DNA from: a virus
Lineage: Duplodnaviria; Caudoviricetes
Virus record (IMG/VR): IMGVR_UViG_3300033463_000104
Location: 3,819 to 67,818 of that record
Strand: one strand, 5' to 3'
DNA: 64,000 nucleotides
Shown: piece by piece, positions 17,946-28,900 of the stretch
Numbering within the stretch: position 1 is the stretch's first letter
Layout: every line of letters starts with the position of its first letter
Position numbers and translations under genes: made by a program
The notes under the pieces: generated by a model
The model's database searches: none
Told to the model about the DNA's origin: nothing
What the model saw: the letters and a program-made list of their open reading frames with translations, nothing else

Positions 17946-20900
17946 GATACCGCCTGATTTAGTTTGATGTAAATCGCCCCATCCAGCATATTCGCATCGG
18001 ATGGATAACTTTCACCGGGAAGGACGAGCTTGATGATGCGGACGCCATCTCCACCAACCATCATATAGGAATCGCCGTCGTGGATCACTTGCGGCCCGCC
18101 GGCTGCGGTCACTTCAACACCCTGAGAAGCGTGCTGCGCGTCGGACCAAATTGTTCGGAAACCGTTGCCCGCGAGTTCCGTCATCGCACTTGCTACGGGA
18201 TACTCGACGGTAAGCGACGATTGAGCGCTGCCCATCGTGGTGGATACCGCCATTTGCTGGCCATCTGTCGCGCTAATAAAGTCTACAGAAACGCGGCACA
18301 CAATCTTCCAGGTGCCAACGCCAAGTGTTGTTACAAATGCCGGGATAGTGGTGCTCAGGCTCTGCACGCCCTCGTATGATGCTGGAGTGACGAGCTGTAC
18401 GTAAGTCGAACCACTTACGGCATATAATGCCACGACAAAATTATGATAGCGATACTCATGAAGAACGGGGGATATACTCGCGCTTACAAGGATTGCTGGA
18501 ACAGAGACTCTGTTGTTCGCGCTGACAATAGAGATGGAATTATCCGAAGATCCGGTCTGGCCCAGAACCTTGACATCTATCTGCGCACTACCCGCACCGC
18601 CGGTCAATGACACCGTTTGCGTCCCTATTGTAGATCCAGAATCTCCGTTAATGTCGGAAAGATCGTCGGAATGGATCTTAATAGTATTGTCTGCGACAGA
18701 TATATGGTTGTCAGCTATATTGACCTGGTCGTCTTCAGTGTGCAGCTCCTTTACCCGAAGATTTTCAATCATCGCCTGCTTTGTGGCGAGTTCTCGTATA
18801 AAGGCGTTGTCTGCAGATAATTGATTGATCAGGGCCTGAGATGCTGCAAGAGCCTTCGTGGCAATATTCTCATAGTTGTTCATTAACTCCCAGCATCCTC
18901 CGTCCTCCACGAGGTTAGCTGACGGATTGTGCGTAAGTTCTGTTCCCGCTGCGGTCTTTTGAGTATTCGGGTTCTCGGAATAGATGCACATATAGAACAG
19001 ATCGTCATACATGACGATGTCATACCATTCACCGTCATCCGCATCGTCCTTCCCTTCGTATGAACCGCTCCCCTCGTATCCGTCTTCAGCCCAAGTTGAA
19101 ATACCTCGCATCATACGTCCGCGTTCGCCCTGACCGCCGGCGGCGCCTTTGAGTCCATCAGAAACGAGCGGAATAGTTTCTATGTCAACATAATCAGCAT
19201 AATTTCCCGGCGTGTCATCAAGAAAGAGATATAGCGTTATTCGGCTCGTCATCTCTGACGTTGGAATCCCATCTGTTTGCAGCGATGCGGATCCATATGT
19301 GACGATGCCAGATGTTTGCTTTTTGTAGAGCAAGTAGACGCTGCTGGCGTTCAATCGGTAATAGATTGAGTAGTCGGATTCAAGGTCGTTTCCAGATGAC
19401 GTTTTCGCATCGCACTTGATATGCGTTGGGGCGATAACAGCAGTCGCCACATCGCCCGAATACGTATATGTCTTCTGCACCTCGTTGGCGTCCGGAACGA
19501 GTATGTAAGTTTCACCATCCGCGCCGTCGCGTACACCCATTAAGGTGTATGTAAGCGTTCTTTCAACTTCTGCGCCACCTGGCGTCGTACATTTCCCTGT
19601 TATCGTAATGGGATAGCGTCCATCAGTCAAATCGATCCAAGTAGAACTTGTGTCGGGATCTACGTTCGGCGCCGTAAATTTGATGGTCGCATAATTCTCA
19701 TTGGCGCTTGTCGACGGATTTTTGGAGAATGTCTTTGTCGCGACCATCCCGGTAGGAAGACCGCTAATAATGATGGCGTCGGACGCGACATCTCCGTTCG
19801 ATCTTTTGAAAGGTAGACGTTCTGTTCCAAAGAACATGGAAAAATGCGTAACCAAAGCGTCGCTCGCTGAGATAGCCGTTTCCAGCATTCCATTGCTTCC
19901 TACCCCGATCGCATCCATCTCATTGTCCAAATCTGCAACAACTGGCGTCTCTCCATCCTGGCCATCATAAAGAATCGGAACGCCCTCCTGATCAATCGGA
20001 TCGGTCACGCCGCTTTTATAAAGGTAGAAATGCAGAGTTCTGTGTATGGCCTGTGTGGATGCATTCTTTAGTAGGATAGTGTGCGCAGTTCCGCTTACTA
20101 TCGTTGTCTGCGACTCACTATCATATGCATATTTTATCGTTAGATTGTCGGCCAAAACGGCGATTCTCGGAGCCTGCTCCCCGATCTGCAGCATCGCGGT
20201 CGGCGTAACGGAAGACGGATCCGCAACCGGAGTTGCCGCATTCGGGTCTACGCTGACCTTGTCGGATGAAAGAACGAGCCAGTACGATGTGGCCGGCGTA
20301 CCGTCCGCACCCGGATAACTCTTTGAAACCGTCATGGTCGCCGTCCTGGTTATACTATCCTTTGTCGCAGTAATCGTTATTTCAACGGCATTTCCGTCAA
20401 AAGAGAACGGTGTCCCCGCATTACCGGAATTAAATGTTAATACGCCGGTACCGCTATTGATCGACAGGCCAACAACGTTCTGGGCGTCTGGCGTAGAAAG
20501 CGAATATGACGCCCCGCTGACCGCATCCTCCCCATAATATAATTTTGCCGTACATGATGGCCGGACTGCGCCTGGAAGAATAGATCCGTTCGCGTCGGCA
20601 TTGATCGACGCGTTTTCGTTGGTCAGGTCCAGACGGTATATTGATCCGCCCTTCTCTGTATAAAGCTGCCATACCTGTCCGCTCGAGGGGACAGTTCCCT
20701 TCGTCCTGTTCTTTCCGATGTGGATCCACGACTGGCCAAGATAGGTGACCATATCTCCATAGTAATACCATTCATTGGCGCTATATTCCCCGCAAAAGCA
20801 TGGAACCGGGAAAGTGATTCCGGATGGGGACTGTACGAGAGCTCCGTGGACATAGAATGTTTTTTCTTTCTCCAAAAACTCAATGTAACTCTCCTGAGTT

Positions 20901-23900
20901 CCGACAAAGAAACGCGGTCTTGCACCTCCGAGGACATGCAGGTCCTTCGTCGCGCTGTCTTGCAGCTGATTTTCGTTAACGTCTCTGAGTGCGACAGTCC
21001 CGCCCTGCGCTATGGAATTCATGCCGGCGAAATAATATTCAACGCCGCTCGAATTCACATTATCAAGGTCGGACAGCATCTGCTCATACCCGCCGCCGAT
21101 CACGTCACGGATGATGACATACCGGCGATCCTCGTACTGCGTGTTACCATACTGTACGATGACATCGCCCTTCTTCGGGATGCCGCCACCATACTGGTTA
21201 GTTTTCGACAGCTTGATGTAATCCAGACCTGTCTCTGTTACAAGTCTCTTATAGAACCTGAGCTGTATTCCCTCCGCAGTGAATATCTGGCCCATCGCCA
21301 CGTCATTCACAACAAAAAGATTCTTCACGCTGCCCTGCTTCTGGTCAAAATAGCAACGATACCCATCAGGATCTTCGACGACCTGCACACACTCAATGGC
21401 GGCGGCCGAAATGATTTGCTTCCCTCCAATATATGCAATCTGGTTTACAACGATATTGTTTACCAACATATCATGGCGGACGATGAGGCGGTCCACCTCC
21501 AAGGTCGCAAGCGATCCGCTTCTGGCGGCCGAAGATGGGTTTACAGTGGCGTCATCCTCTTCTTCGTCATCATCTTCTTCATTATCAGAAGGGTCTTCCT
21601 CTGAGGGCGCAGTATCCGATTCATACCCGAAATCGTAGGCATCGTCCACATTGTCATACAAAGGAGAACCATCACGATAAAGGCCCCATCCTTGGCCTCC
21701 GAGACCGCCCTGCTTGAAATCCTCGCTGGATACAAGAGCAGCAAATTTCGTCGGAGAAAGTGATGTCTGCTCCTCGCCAGTCTTGGCCAGGAACATCGGT
21801 CTCGCCGCTTCGATGGATGCCGAAGAGAGTGAGTCGATTTTAGCATATGTAGCCTTCACAATATCGATCTGCCCCTGAAGTTGTGCTACGGGATTCTGCA
21901 CGCCCTCTATTTTGTCGGTCAGTACAACTTCTGTGTCAGGAAGCACAACAGTTCCGTCAATCCAACTAAATGTCACGCTCCTGATATATAGCACGAGGGG
22001 CAATCCGCCAGTAAATCGAGGATCCCGAATCGTAACTTTCGTTCCGGCATCCATCTTGTTGATCAGTTTTTCCTGCTCTTCGTTATATTCATCATCCATT
22101 CGGACCTTGTCGAGTTGCACGACCCATGTCGGAAAGATTTCCGCTATGTCTGTCAGACCGCTTCGCTTGTATTTATTCAGAGCCTTTTCCGCCTCGATGA
22201 CATACATCGTTGGCATGTCAATCCCGATAAAGAAAATATGGTCACCAGCAACCGGCGATCCTCCAGTCTTCGAGTTCGGTATGTATAGACCGGTAGCCTC
22301 ATATTCGGCATCGCTCTTTTGGAGAGTAATCTTCCATTCAGACTGAACGCCGGCCAGGCTCTTACTGCGATCAACAACGGGGTAGGACACTATGAGAAAC
22401 TCATAGTCTTCCGAGATAGACATAAAGCCGTCAGAGAACACAACCTTCGCTTCGTTCCCAAGCCGGTCGCCAAGAATTTGCCTCCAAACCCTGAGCGAAT
22501 AATCGTCGTCGGTCTCACCCACACCCTGTTGCGAGTCAAAAATATTTCGCACCCAGATGTCGAACGTCGGCTTCCATCCGTCCGAAACAGCGGTCTCAGA
22601 AAGCTGAAGATATAGACCGTTGTTACCATATGTTACATTTCCGACGGCCGTGTAGTTATTGTTCGTCACGACCATGTACAGAACGTAATAATACGTGCCG
22701 GCGGGAATTCCTTGTGCGCTAACCTCCGAATCATCAGTGGAGTCAAAAACTCGTACGCTGCATTGATCGCTATACACCACCTCCAGGGCCTGACTGCGAG
22801 ACAACTCGGCCTTGACGAACCATCCATTATGGAGAAGGTTTGCTGTTTTCCCCTCAGGCACGACAAAAAGGCCACCGCGAATTGTTCGCGTTATAGATCC
22901 ATTTGCAGGGACGTCGTCGACCTGTGACGTTACACCGGAAATATTCACAATTTCTGCACTTCCTGCGGCCGCAGCCTGCACGTCGTCCGTACCTATCTCT
23001 CCAACATCAATCACCGTATCAACTCGACTCCCACCCCACATTATGCCCTGGATGGTAGGATAGATATCGTCATTATCATCCAAATGGCCCCATCGTTCGC
23101 CGTATCGCGTGATTGAATCGTCGTCCTTAACATATTCAACAGGATCAAATTTCGCATCCGTAGCGCCCTTGGAGTAAGCAAACTGATTCTCTATCGGTAT
23201 CTCGGAATAGTCATAAGACGGATATACATAGCCCGCATTTTCCCAAGATGGATCACGATTCGGGTTCGTCATCCATCCACGGACATACCATCTAAAATTG
23301 ATGTCGCGAATTCTGTCGAAATATACGTTCGTCAGCTCGGGGATCGCGTCCGGATCCGCCGCCCACTCCTCATTGTTCGGATCGATTCTCTTGAAATAGC
23401 GGTATGGAAGGTTCTTTGTTCCGCCCCGGCCAAGGAGGATATTATTAACGTTGTCGTCTTGGACCTGTCTTTCAAAGCGGAGCAGACCGCCCTCATAGCC
23501 GTATTCGAACTGATGATCATCGATTTCGGGGGACGGATAGCCGATCTTGATAGCATATTTATCCTCTTCCTCGTCATATGCGATGTACCAACGGACCGAA
23601 TAGAGTTCATAAGTTTTCTGGACAACATCCCAAATATATGCATAGTCCATCTCCACCATCGCCGTTTCCGAACTGTAGGGCACATCGGGGTTCAGGTCAA
23701 CATAAATCTTTCCGCCATAATAGTAGTCCAATACACGATTTAGAAGGGCGCAGAAATTCACCAGACTAAGCGTGACAGTAGCCTGATATTTATCGGCCAT
23801 CACGGTTCCGGTGGCGGTGGTGGTCGTCTCGAAGAAGAAGTGCCTCTTCATCTGATATATAGGCCACGAATAGAACGTAAGGTCGATGATAGAGTTCCGG

Positions 23901-24115
23901 GTGGTATTGTCCTTCGCGGCCTGAGGATCGCGTATTGGAAGTATAAATTTCTCCCCTCGGAATTTCAACGCCCATCCGTCGAATGACGGAACAACGTCTC
24001 CGTCAATACGGACCTGTGTCGTAATGGACCGGTCACCCATCTCCGCGAAAGAGATGGTGGCATTGTTCAATGTCGCATAAGACGGAAAGTTTACCTCGGT
24101 TATTCCTGGTATCAT
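17942..24115 (-). CDS. large tail tip / baseplate hub (host-specificity) protein
   Basis: 2057 aa directly after the distal-tail-like gene. Confidence 0.8.
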   Translation of the reverse strand: MIPGITEVNFPSYATLNNATISFAEMGDRSITTQVRIDGDVVPSFDGWALKFRGEKFILPIRDPQAAKDNTTRNSIIDLTFYSWPIYQMKRHFFFETTTTATGTVMADKYQATVTLSLVNFCALLNRVLDYYYGGKIYVDLNPDVPYSSETAMVEMDYAYIWDVVQKTYELYSVRWYIAYDEEEDKYAIKIGYPSPEIDDHQFEYGYEGGLLRFERQVQDDNVNNILLGRGGTKNLPYRYFKRIDPNNEEWAADPDAIPELTNVYFDRIRDINFRWYVRGWMTNPNRDPSWENAGYVYPSYDYSEIPIENQFAYSKGATDAKFDPVEYVKDDDSITRYGERWGHLDDNDDIYPTIQGIMWGGSRVDTVIDVGEIGTDDVQAAAAGSAEIVNISGVTSQVDDVPANGSITRTIRGGLFVVPEGKTANLLHNGWFVKAELSRSQALEVVYSDQCSVRVFDSTDDSEVSAQGIPAGTYYYVLYMVVTNNNYTAVGNVTYGNNGLYLQLSETAVSDGWKPTFDIWVRNIFDSQQGVGETDDDYSLRVWRQILGDRLGNEAKVVFSDGFMSISEDYEFLIVSYPVVDRSKSLAGVQSEWKITLQKSDAEYEATGLYIPNSKTGGSPVAGDHIFFIGIDMPTMYVIEAEKALNKYKRSGLTDIAEIFPTWVVQLDKVRMDDEYNEEQEKLINKMDAGTKVTIRDPRFTGGLPLVLYIRSVTFSWIDGTVVLPDTEVVLTDKIEGVQNPVAQLQGQIDIVKATYAKIDSLSSASIEAARPMFLAKTGEEQTSLSPTKFAALVSSEDFKQGGLGGQGWGLYRDGSPLYDNVDDAYDFGYESDTAPSEEDPSDNEEDDDEEEDDATVNPSSAARSGSLATLEVDRLIVRHDMLVNNIVVNQIAYIGGKQIISAAAIECVQVVEDPDGYRCYFDQKQGSVKNLFVVNDVAMGQIFTAEGIQLRFYKRLVTETGLDYIKLSKTNQYGGGIPKKGDVIVQYGNTQYEDRRYVIIRDVIGGGYEQMLSDLDNVNSSGVEYYFAGMNSIAQGGTVALRDVNENQLQDSATKDLHVLGGARPRFFVGTQESYIEFLEKEKTFYVHGALVQSPSGITFPVPCFCGEYSANEWYYYGDMVTYLGQSWIHIGKNRTKGTVPSSGQVWQLYTEKGGSIYRLDLTNENASINADANGSILPGAVRPSCTAKLYYGEDAVSGASYSLSTPDAQNVVGLSINSGTGVLTFNSGNAGTPFSFDGNAVEITITATKDSITRTATMTVSKSYPGADGTPATSYWLVLSSDKVSVDPNAATPVADPSSVTPTAMLQIGEQAPRIAVLADNLTIKYAYDSESQTTIVSGTAHTILLKNASTQAIHRTLHFYLYKSGVTDPIDQEGVPILYDGQDGETPVVADLDNEMDAIGVGSNGMLETAISASDALVTHFSMFFGTERLPFKRSNGDVASDAIIISGLPTGMVATKTFSKNPSTSANENYATIKFTAPNVDPDTSSTWIDLTDGRYPITITGKCTTPGGAEVERTLTYTLMGVRDGADGETYILVPDANEVQKTYTYSGDVATAVIAPTHIKCDAKTSSGNDLESDYSIYYRLNASSVYLLYKKQTSGIVTYGSASLQTDGIPTSEMTSRITLYLFLDDTPGNYADYVDIETIPLVSDGLKGAAGGQGERGRMMRGISTWAEDGYEGSGSYEGKDDADDGEWYDIVMYDDLFYMCIYSENPNTQKTAAGTELTHNPSANLVEDGGCWELMNNYENIATKALAASQALINQLSADNAFIRELATKQAMIENLRVKELHTEDDQVNIADNHISVADNTIKIHSDDLSDINGDSGSTIGTQTVSLTGGAGSAQIDVKVLGQTGSSDNSISIVSANNRVSVPAILVSASISPVLHEYRYHNFVVALYAVSGSTYVQLVTPASYEGVQSLSTTIPAFVTTLGVGTWKIVCRVSVDFISATDGQQMAVSTTMGSAQSSLTVEYPVASAMTELAGNGFRTIWSDAQHASQGVEVTAAGGPQVIHDGDSYMMVGGDGVRIIKLVLPGESYPSDANMLDGAIYIKLNQAVS

Positions 24116-24579
24116 GACAGATTGAAATTGCAGAGACTTGGTTTATTCACTCGTATGGTCCATTCTACGGTAACGACGTCGGTTATCTCGTTGTTCGGGT
24201 CCCGCCAGAAGGTCTGCGCCTCAGAAATAGGCTTCGGATAGCCGACGATCATGCAGCGTTTGTGGTCGTTGTAGAAGGTCACCTGCTTGAAGGTTTTTAC
24301 GCCGCTCGCAAGAGTATAGAGGGCATCATTGAAGGCCTTGATCTTTGCATTCGCGTTGCTGAGCGTCGTAGCGCGAATAAAGAATTTCACCTTGTAGTCG
24401 AACGGCGCGTCCACCGTTTTCGGGCAGATATTCACGCCCTCCTGCTCCGGATATGAAGTTTCCTCAAAGTCCTTGATGGGAGCTCCGAGAATCTTATCCG
24501 AATCCAGGTAGACGAGGCCGTATTGCGTGGCTGTATCGTATATGGTTCCGTCAGCTATCTTAATCCTGGCTGTCAGCAT
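24112..24579 (-). CDS. distal tail (Dit-like) protein
   Basis: size and position; KDFEETSYPEQEG...APFDYKVKF. Confidence 0.65.
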   Translation of the reverse strand: MLTARIKIADGTIYDTATQYGLVYLDSDKILGAPIKDFEETSYPEQEGVNICPKTVDAPFDYKVKFFIRATTLSNANAKIKAFNDALYTLASGVKTFKQVTFYNDHKRCMIVGYPKPISEAQTFWRDPNNEITDVVTVEWTIRVNKPSLCNFNLS

Positions 24580-24943
24580 GATCTTCGTTGAATTTGCAGG
24601 TTTCGCACTTGTCCTCCTCGTTCTTCTCTTCGTTATTCAGCACCGGACAGCCGTCCCCATCGTTTGTGAATTTACACTTATTAGCCTGTCGGATGGACTT
24701 ATTTTTTCGGTCCAATTTCGCTTCGATGCGTCTAATTGTCGCCTTTGCTTCAATAATGGTGTCCTTTTGTTCCTCAATATATTCCTTTTGGATATCGAGA
24801 ACCTGTTTGACATTATCCAGCACATCGGCCTCTTTTCTCTGCTTTGACCGCCATGCGTTTCCGAACCAGCCCATAAAGAGCGTTACAATCGGCAGCCCAA
24901 TGTTCAGGGCTATGTCATAAAGAAGGGGAAATTGTTCTTCCAT
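24560..24943 (-). CDS. putative holin (single TM plus coiled coil, Cys-containing tail)
   Basis: IALNIGLPIVTLFMGWFG followed by a coiled coil. Confidence 0.55.
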   Translation of the reverse strand: MEEQFPLLYDIALNIGLPIVTLFMGWFGNAWRSKQRKEADVLDNVKQVLDIQKEYIEEQKDTIIEAKATIRRIEAKLDRKNKSIRQANKCKFTNDGDGCPVLNNEEKNEEDKCETCKFNEDHADSQD

Positions 24944-24945
24944 GG

Positions 24946-25410
24946 CTATTTCCTATAGGTTTTGGTCTGAATGACGTCAGAATCCATCCCAACAACACGG
25001 TTCTCCCCGAAAACGTACAAAGGTACGCGGACGTGAATCGGCGACTCCCCCTCGACGGTCATGTCACACCCGTTGGCAAAATAAAGCATCGGGATGAGCT
25101 TCTTTTTGACGTTCAACCCGGTGCGGATAGTTCCGGAGCAGTGATGGAAAACATAAACCTGCTGATCGTTCAGCAGGTCTCCGTCGAAGTGACGGTCTAC
25201 GAATATGCCGCAGGGCTCGCAGTCCGAGAAATGTTCCCGTATGGTGTCCAGGTCGGGATATCCGTTTTCAAGAGCCCAGTCGATCGTCTTTTTGTAAAGA
25301 CCGATCGCTGAGACCTTGTCGTCCGTATCTTCGAGGGCGAAGCGGTTCTCCTGGCACATGTGATGCCTCGAAGCCTCCCGCCTCAGCTGTTTTTTCCATA
25401 ATGCATCCAT
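24946..25410 (-). CDS. hypothetical protein
   Basis: 154-aa ORF. Confidence 0.75.
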   Translation of the reverse strand: MDALWKKQLRREASRHHMCQENRFALEDTDDKVSAIGLYKKTIDWALENGYPDLDTIREHFSDCEPCGIFVDRHFDGDLLNDQQVYVFHHCSGTIRTGLNVKKKLIPMLYFANGCDMTVEGESPIHVRVPLYVFGENRVVGMDSDVIQTKTYRK

Positions 25411-25414
25411 AGCG

Positions 25415-25422
25415 CAAATATA
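25415..25422 (-). promoter_or_regulatory. TAnnTTTG promoter element
   Basis: TATATTTG 4 nt before the ATG at 25410. Confidence 0.6.
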
Positions 25423-25428
25423 GCAAAA

Positions 25429-25629
25429 TTATGGAACATTGCGCGGCACTGTGAACACTTCTCCGGCACTTGTCAGCAAAAGCTGATCGTTTGCATAAAG
25501 AAGTTCCACGGTGCCGACAGACGTAGCGCAAACCAGTGCGCATACTAGCTTTAATGCCGTTGGCGCAGGCGCTGCTGTCAACTTCAAGGATGCGGCCTTA
25601 GGAAAGGCCGTAATCGCCATGCAACCCAT
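25429..25629 (-). CDS. hypothetical small structural protein
   Basis: 66-aa ORF in the operon. Confidence 0.6.
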   Translation of the reverse strand: MGCMAITAFPKAASLKLTAAPAPTALKLVCALVCATSVGTVELLYANDQLLLTSAGEVFTVPRNVP

Positions 25630-25631
25630 AA

Positions 25632-25943
25632 TTACACTTTTTTATAAGTTCCAATTTTTGCTACATCGGTTTCGTGGCGAAGACCATCCTCAAAGTCGGT
25701 ATCCTGAATTCCGGCTTCTCCGACAAGCATCAAGGATCCGGATTTTTTCAGATAGTCTCTGCTAATACAGCAATACCACTTCCCGTCATCGTCGCGACGA
25801 CAGTTGTGTTTCGGATATGTGTGCACCTTTTTACCGTTCAGGTAGACATGGATACTCCATTCGTCCAAGTCCATATCAAACCCGGCAGCGGTCAACGTTA
25901 CCTGTGTCTTTATGTCTGACCCTTGATACCAAGATCCTTCCAT
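25632..25943 (-). CDS. hypothetical Ig-like/baseplate-associated protein
   Basis: 103-aa beta-rich ORF after the tape measure gene. Confidence 0.6.
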   Translation of the reverse strand: MEGSWYQGSDIKTQVTLTAAGFDMDLDEWSIHVYLNGKKVHTYPKHNCRRDDDGKWYCCISRDYLKKSGSLMLVGEAGIQDTDFEDGLRHETDVAKIGTYKKV

Positions 25944-25973
25944 AGTCGTAGTGTTTTTGATAAATTTAACAAA

Positions 25974-28900
25974 TTATAGTGCAACAGCAACATGATGCGT
26001 GGCGGTTGTTGTTCCCTTCGTTGAAATAACGCTCCTCATCATCCTCATGATTTCAGCAACATTATCGCTGATCGTAGGAACAAACTGCATATACTGTAGC
26101 ATCGCCTCAGTGTTTGCATTCGAACCCGCAGAAACCGCTGCCACGTCCGTCTCGCCGGTAAGGGCGGCGCGAATCGCCTGCACCTCGGCGTGGATCATGG
26201 GAACATAGGACATATAGTAATTCTGCGTATTAATGCCGGCAGCAAGACCGACGATGCTCTCCTCGGACGCGCCGGCGATATTTCTGGCAATGCCCGTGAA
26301 TTGGCCGGCCTGCTGACGAATGTTGTAGCCGGAAGCGGCCAGCGTGTTCATCAGCGTCGTCATTGCATCGTTTATGCCGGGAATAGCATCGCTCGCCATT
26401 TTTGCGATCTGCGCGACCTCCGACAAAGACAGCTCTCCTCCCTCCTGGGCCATAGCATCAATTTGGTCGAAGATCGGCTGCAGAAGCTGCTTCATCACCT
26501 GAGCCGCAAGTGAGTTTTGGACCATCTCCTGGATCATATCCTGGAACTTCTCCTTCATTGCATCGGTAGTGCTACCAAATTCCTTATAGGCGTCGATCCA
26601 GGCCGAAGCAAAATCCTTCGCAGCGCTGGTAACGTCGGTGCCGGAAAAGAATTCGGACAACTGAGTCTGCATTTCGGAGATCTGGTCCGCGACATCGCGT
26701 GCACTGTTCTGATACTCTTTGATCTTGTCCTCATCGGCCTTCTTCCCCTTGCTGCGCTCAGCCTCAGCCTGGGCGAGATAGGCCTGCTGCTTTGCGGCAA
26801 GAGTTTCAAGCTGCTTGTTGTAGTCAGAAACATAGTCGGAGCCAAAAGCCTTGGCGATGGATTTCTCGAGACGCTGATATTGGTAGTCAAGGGTCTCGAT
26901 GAGCTTAGATTGAGCTTCGATCTCTCGATTAGCACGATTAACCTTGAGATTACTGATAACCTTAGCAAGAGATACAGCTGCTGCGACAGCTGCAGTAATA
27001 GTAAGTACGACAGGATTTGCCTCCATCAACGTAAGGACGCCATTAACAATGGCTAAAGCGCTTCCAATCAGCGCAATGCCTTGCGCAATTCCGCTCAAAA
27101 TCGCCTGACCGTCCGAAAGATCGTCAAGATTCACCATTTCAGTGATTCCCGAGATAATCGACCCAATGTCACTGAATGTACCAGCAAGGCCGTCGACGGA
27201 GGACTTCATCTTCTCGAGAGCCTTTGTCCGCTGATTTTCAGCATTGGCTAACTTTTTTTGCACCTCCGGCGTATCGCCCTGCTCCTTCAGCTGTTTTCTT
27301 GCAGACACGGCAGATTTGAGTGACGCGACATAGGATTTTGCCCCACTCGTAAATCCCTCAAATGGCTTTCGTGCGTAAACCTGTTCCTTTGCCTGTTCAA
27401 GACTTTTGGTAAGAGATCTGAGCGTACCGGCGTTCATGTCTTTTCCGCCAGTATTAATCAGTTCTTCGAGCATCAAAATTAGTTTTTCAAGCGTTCTCGT
27501 ACCGACCTTATCCAGATTTTCGAATGCCGTAATCCACTCGTCGGTCGCCTTTAACGCCTCAACCTGCACTTCTGCCACGTCCTCGCCTTCTTTTGTCTTA
27601 GATGCGTTGATAAGCTTTTCTTTTTCCGCAACCGGGATCGTTGTGCTCTCCTCTATTTTTTTTCTATTCTGCGCCTCGCGCTGCCGAATCTCAGTGATAC
27701 GCTCTTCAAATGTCTTCGTTTTCTGATAGGTTTTCAACATATCCTGGACGAAGTCTGCGTTGAACTTTTGGGAATCATTTGCAACATCGATAAGCGTCGA
27801 TCTCCAACTTGACCCAAATTTATCGATATTGGCAAGAATAAATTTAAAGTCCTGCTTTTCGATGGCAATGCGCATTTTATCCCAAAGATCATAGTCTTCC
27901 ACATCAAAACTCTCAAAAGCTTCTCCTAGGACTTTCTGTATTCTGTCTTTAAACTCGCTACCGGCATCCCCATATATGTTCGCTGTTATAGTTGCAGAAA
28001 GCTCCTGATCCCCGGTAAGGCCCAGAATTTCATGATAAAAATTCCGTGCCGCCTCAGAACGTTTTACTTCGTTCGTAATCTTCTTAATACTATCTTCTAT
28101 GCTCTTTTTTACCCTATCGAATTGAATGTTCGCAAAAGCCTGCTCGATAAGCCTGGTGGCGTCAGCGTCACTGGAATATTTCTTGAGAAGGTCCTGGAAG
28201 TAATTGTACACATTTTGAAATGTTGGCTCAAGACCCTTGAGGGACGGAAAGAATGTTTCGATGTTTTTCTTCGCATTTTCCCTACTCATATAATCACGAA
28301 GCTCGATATACTTCTTGTAGGCGTTAGTAATGTCAGAAATTTGATCCCGGAGTTTTTTGAGACGATCACCCGCCTTGTCGTCTTCTGGCGACCATACTAA
28401 GTTATCATCTTCCGTCTCTTTTTTAACGCCGTTGATGGAATCTCTCAGTTCTTGATTTGTTTCGGTTAAATTTCTTGCGGCATCGGAAACACCTAATAGT
28501 TTATCATTCAATATTTCGGCGGCCTTAGCATCTTTGCTTAAATTGAAAAAATAAGATCCTTCAACAAAGCCATATCCCCTGGCTAAAACCTTTTGAATAT
28601 GTGATTGCTTCTTTTCATATTTCTTAATTTCCGCCTCATTCACTTTAATCTGATCCTCCATCAGATCTTTTATCGTTTTTTGTGCCTGAGCTGAATATTC
28701 TTTCATTTTTTTAATATCCAACTCAAGCGCACCGGTTTGCGCGTTTATCGCTTTTGTTGCCTGGGGAAAAGCCTTTGCAAGCTCTTTTGAGATATCCCGT
28801 AGCGCGGCGGTATCTTTTGCAGAACGATTCGTTTTTGCAGAAAGCTCTTCATATCGTTTGATAAGGTCGTCATTACCACGTGCCTTCGACAAATTGTTAA

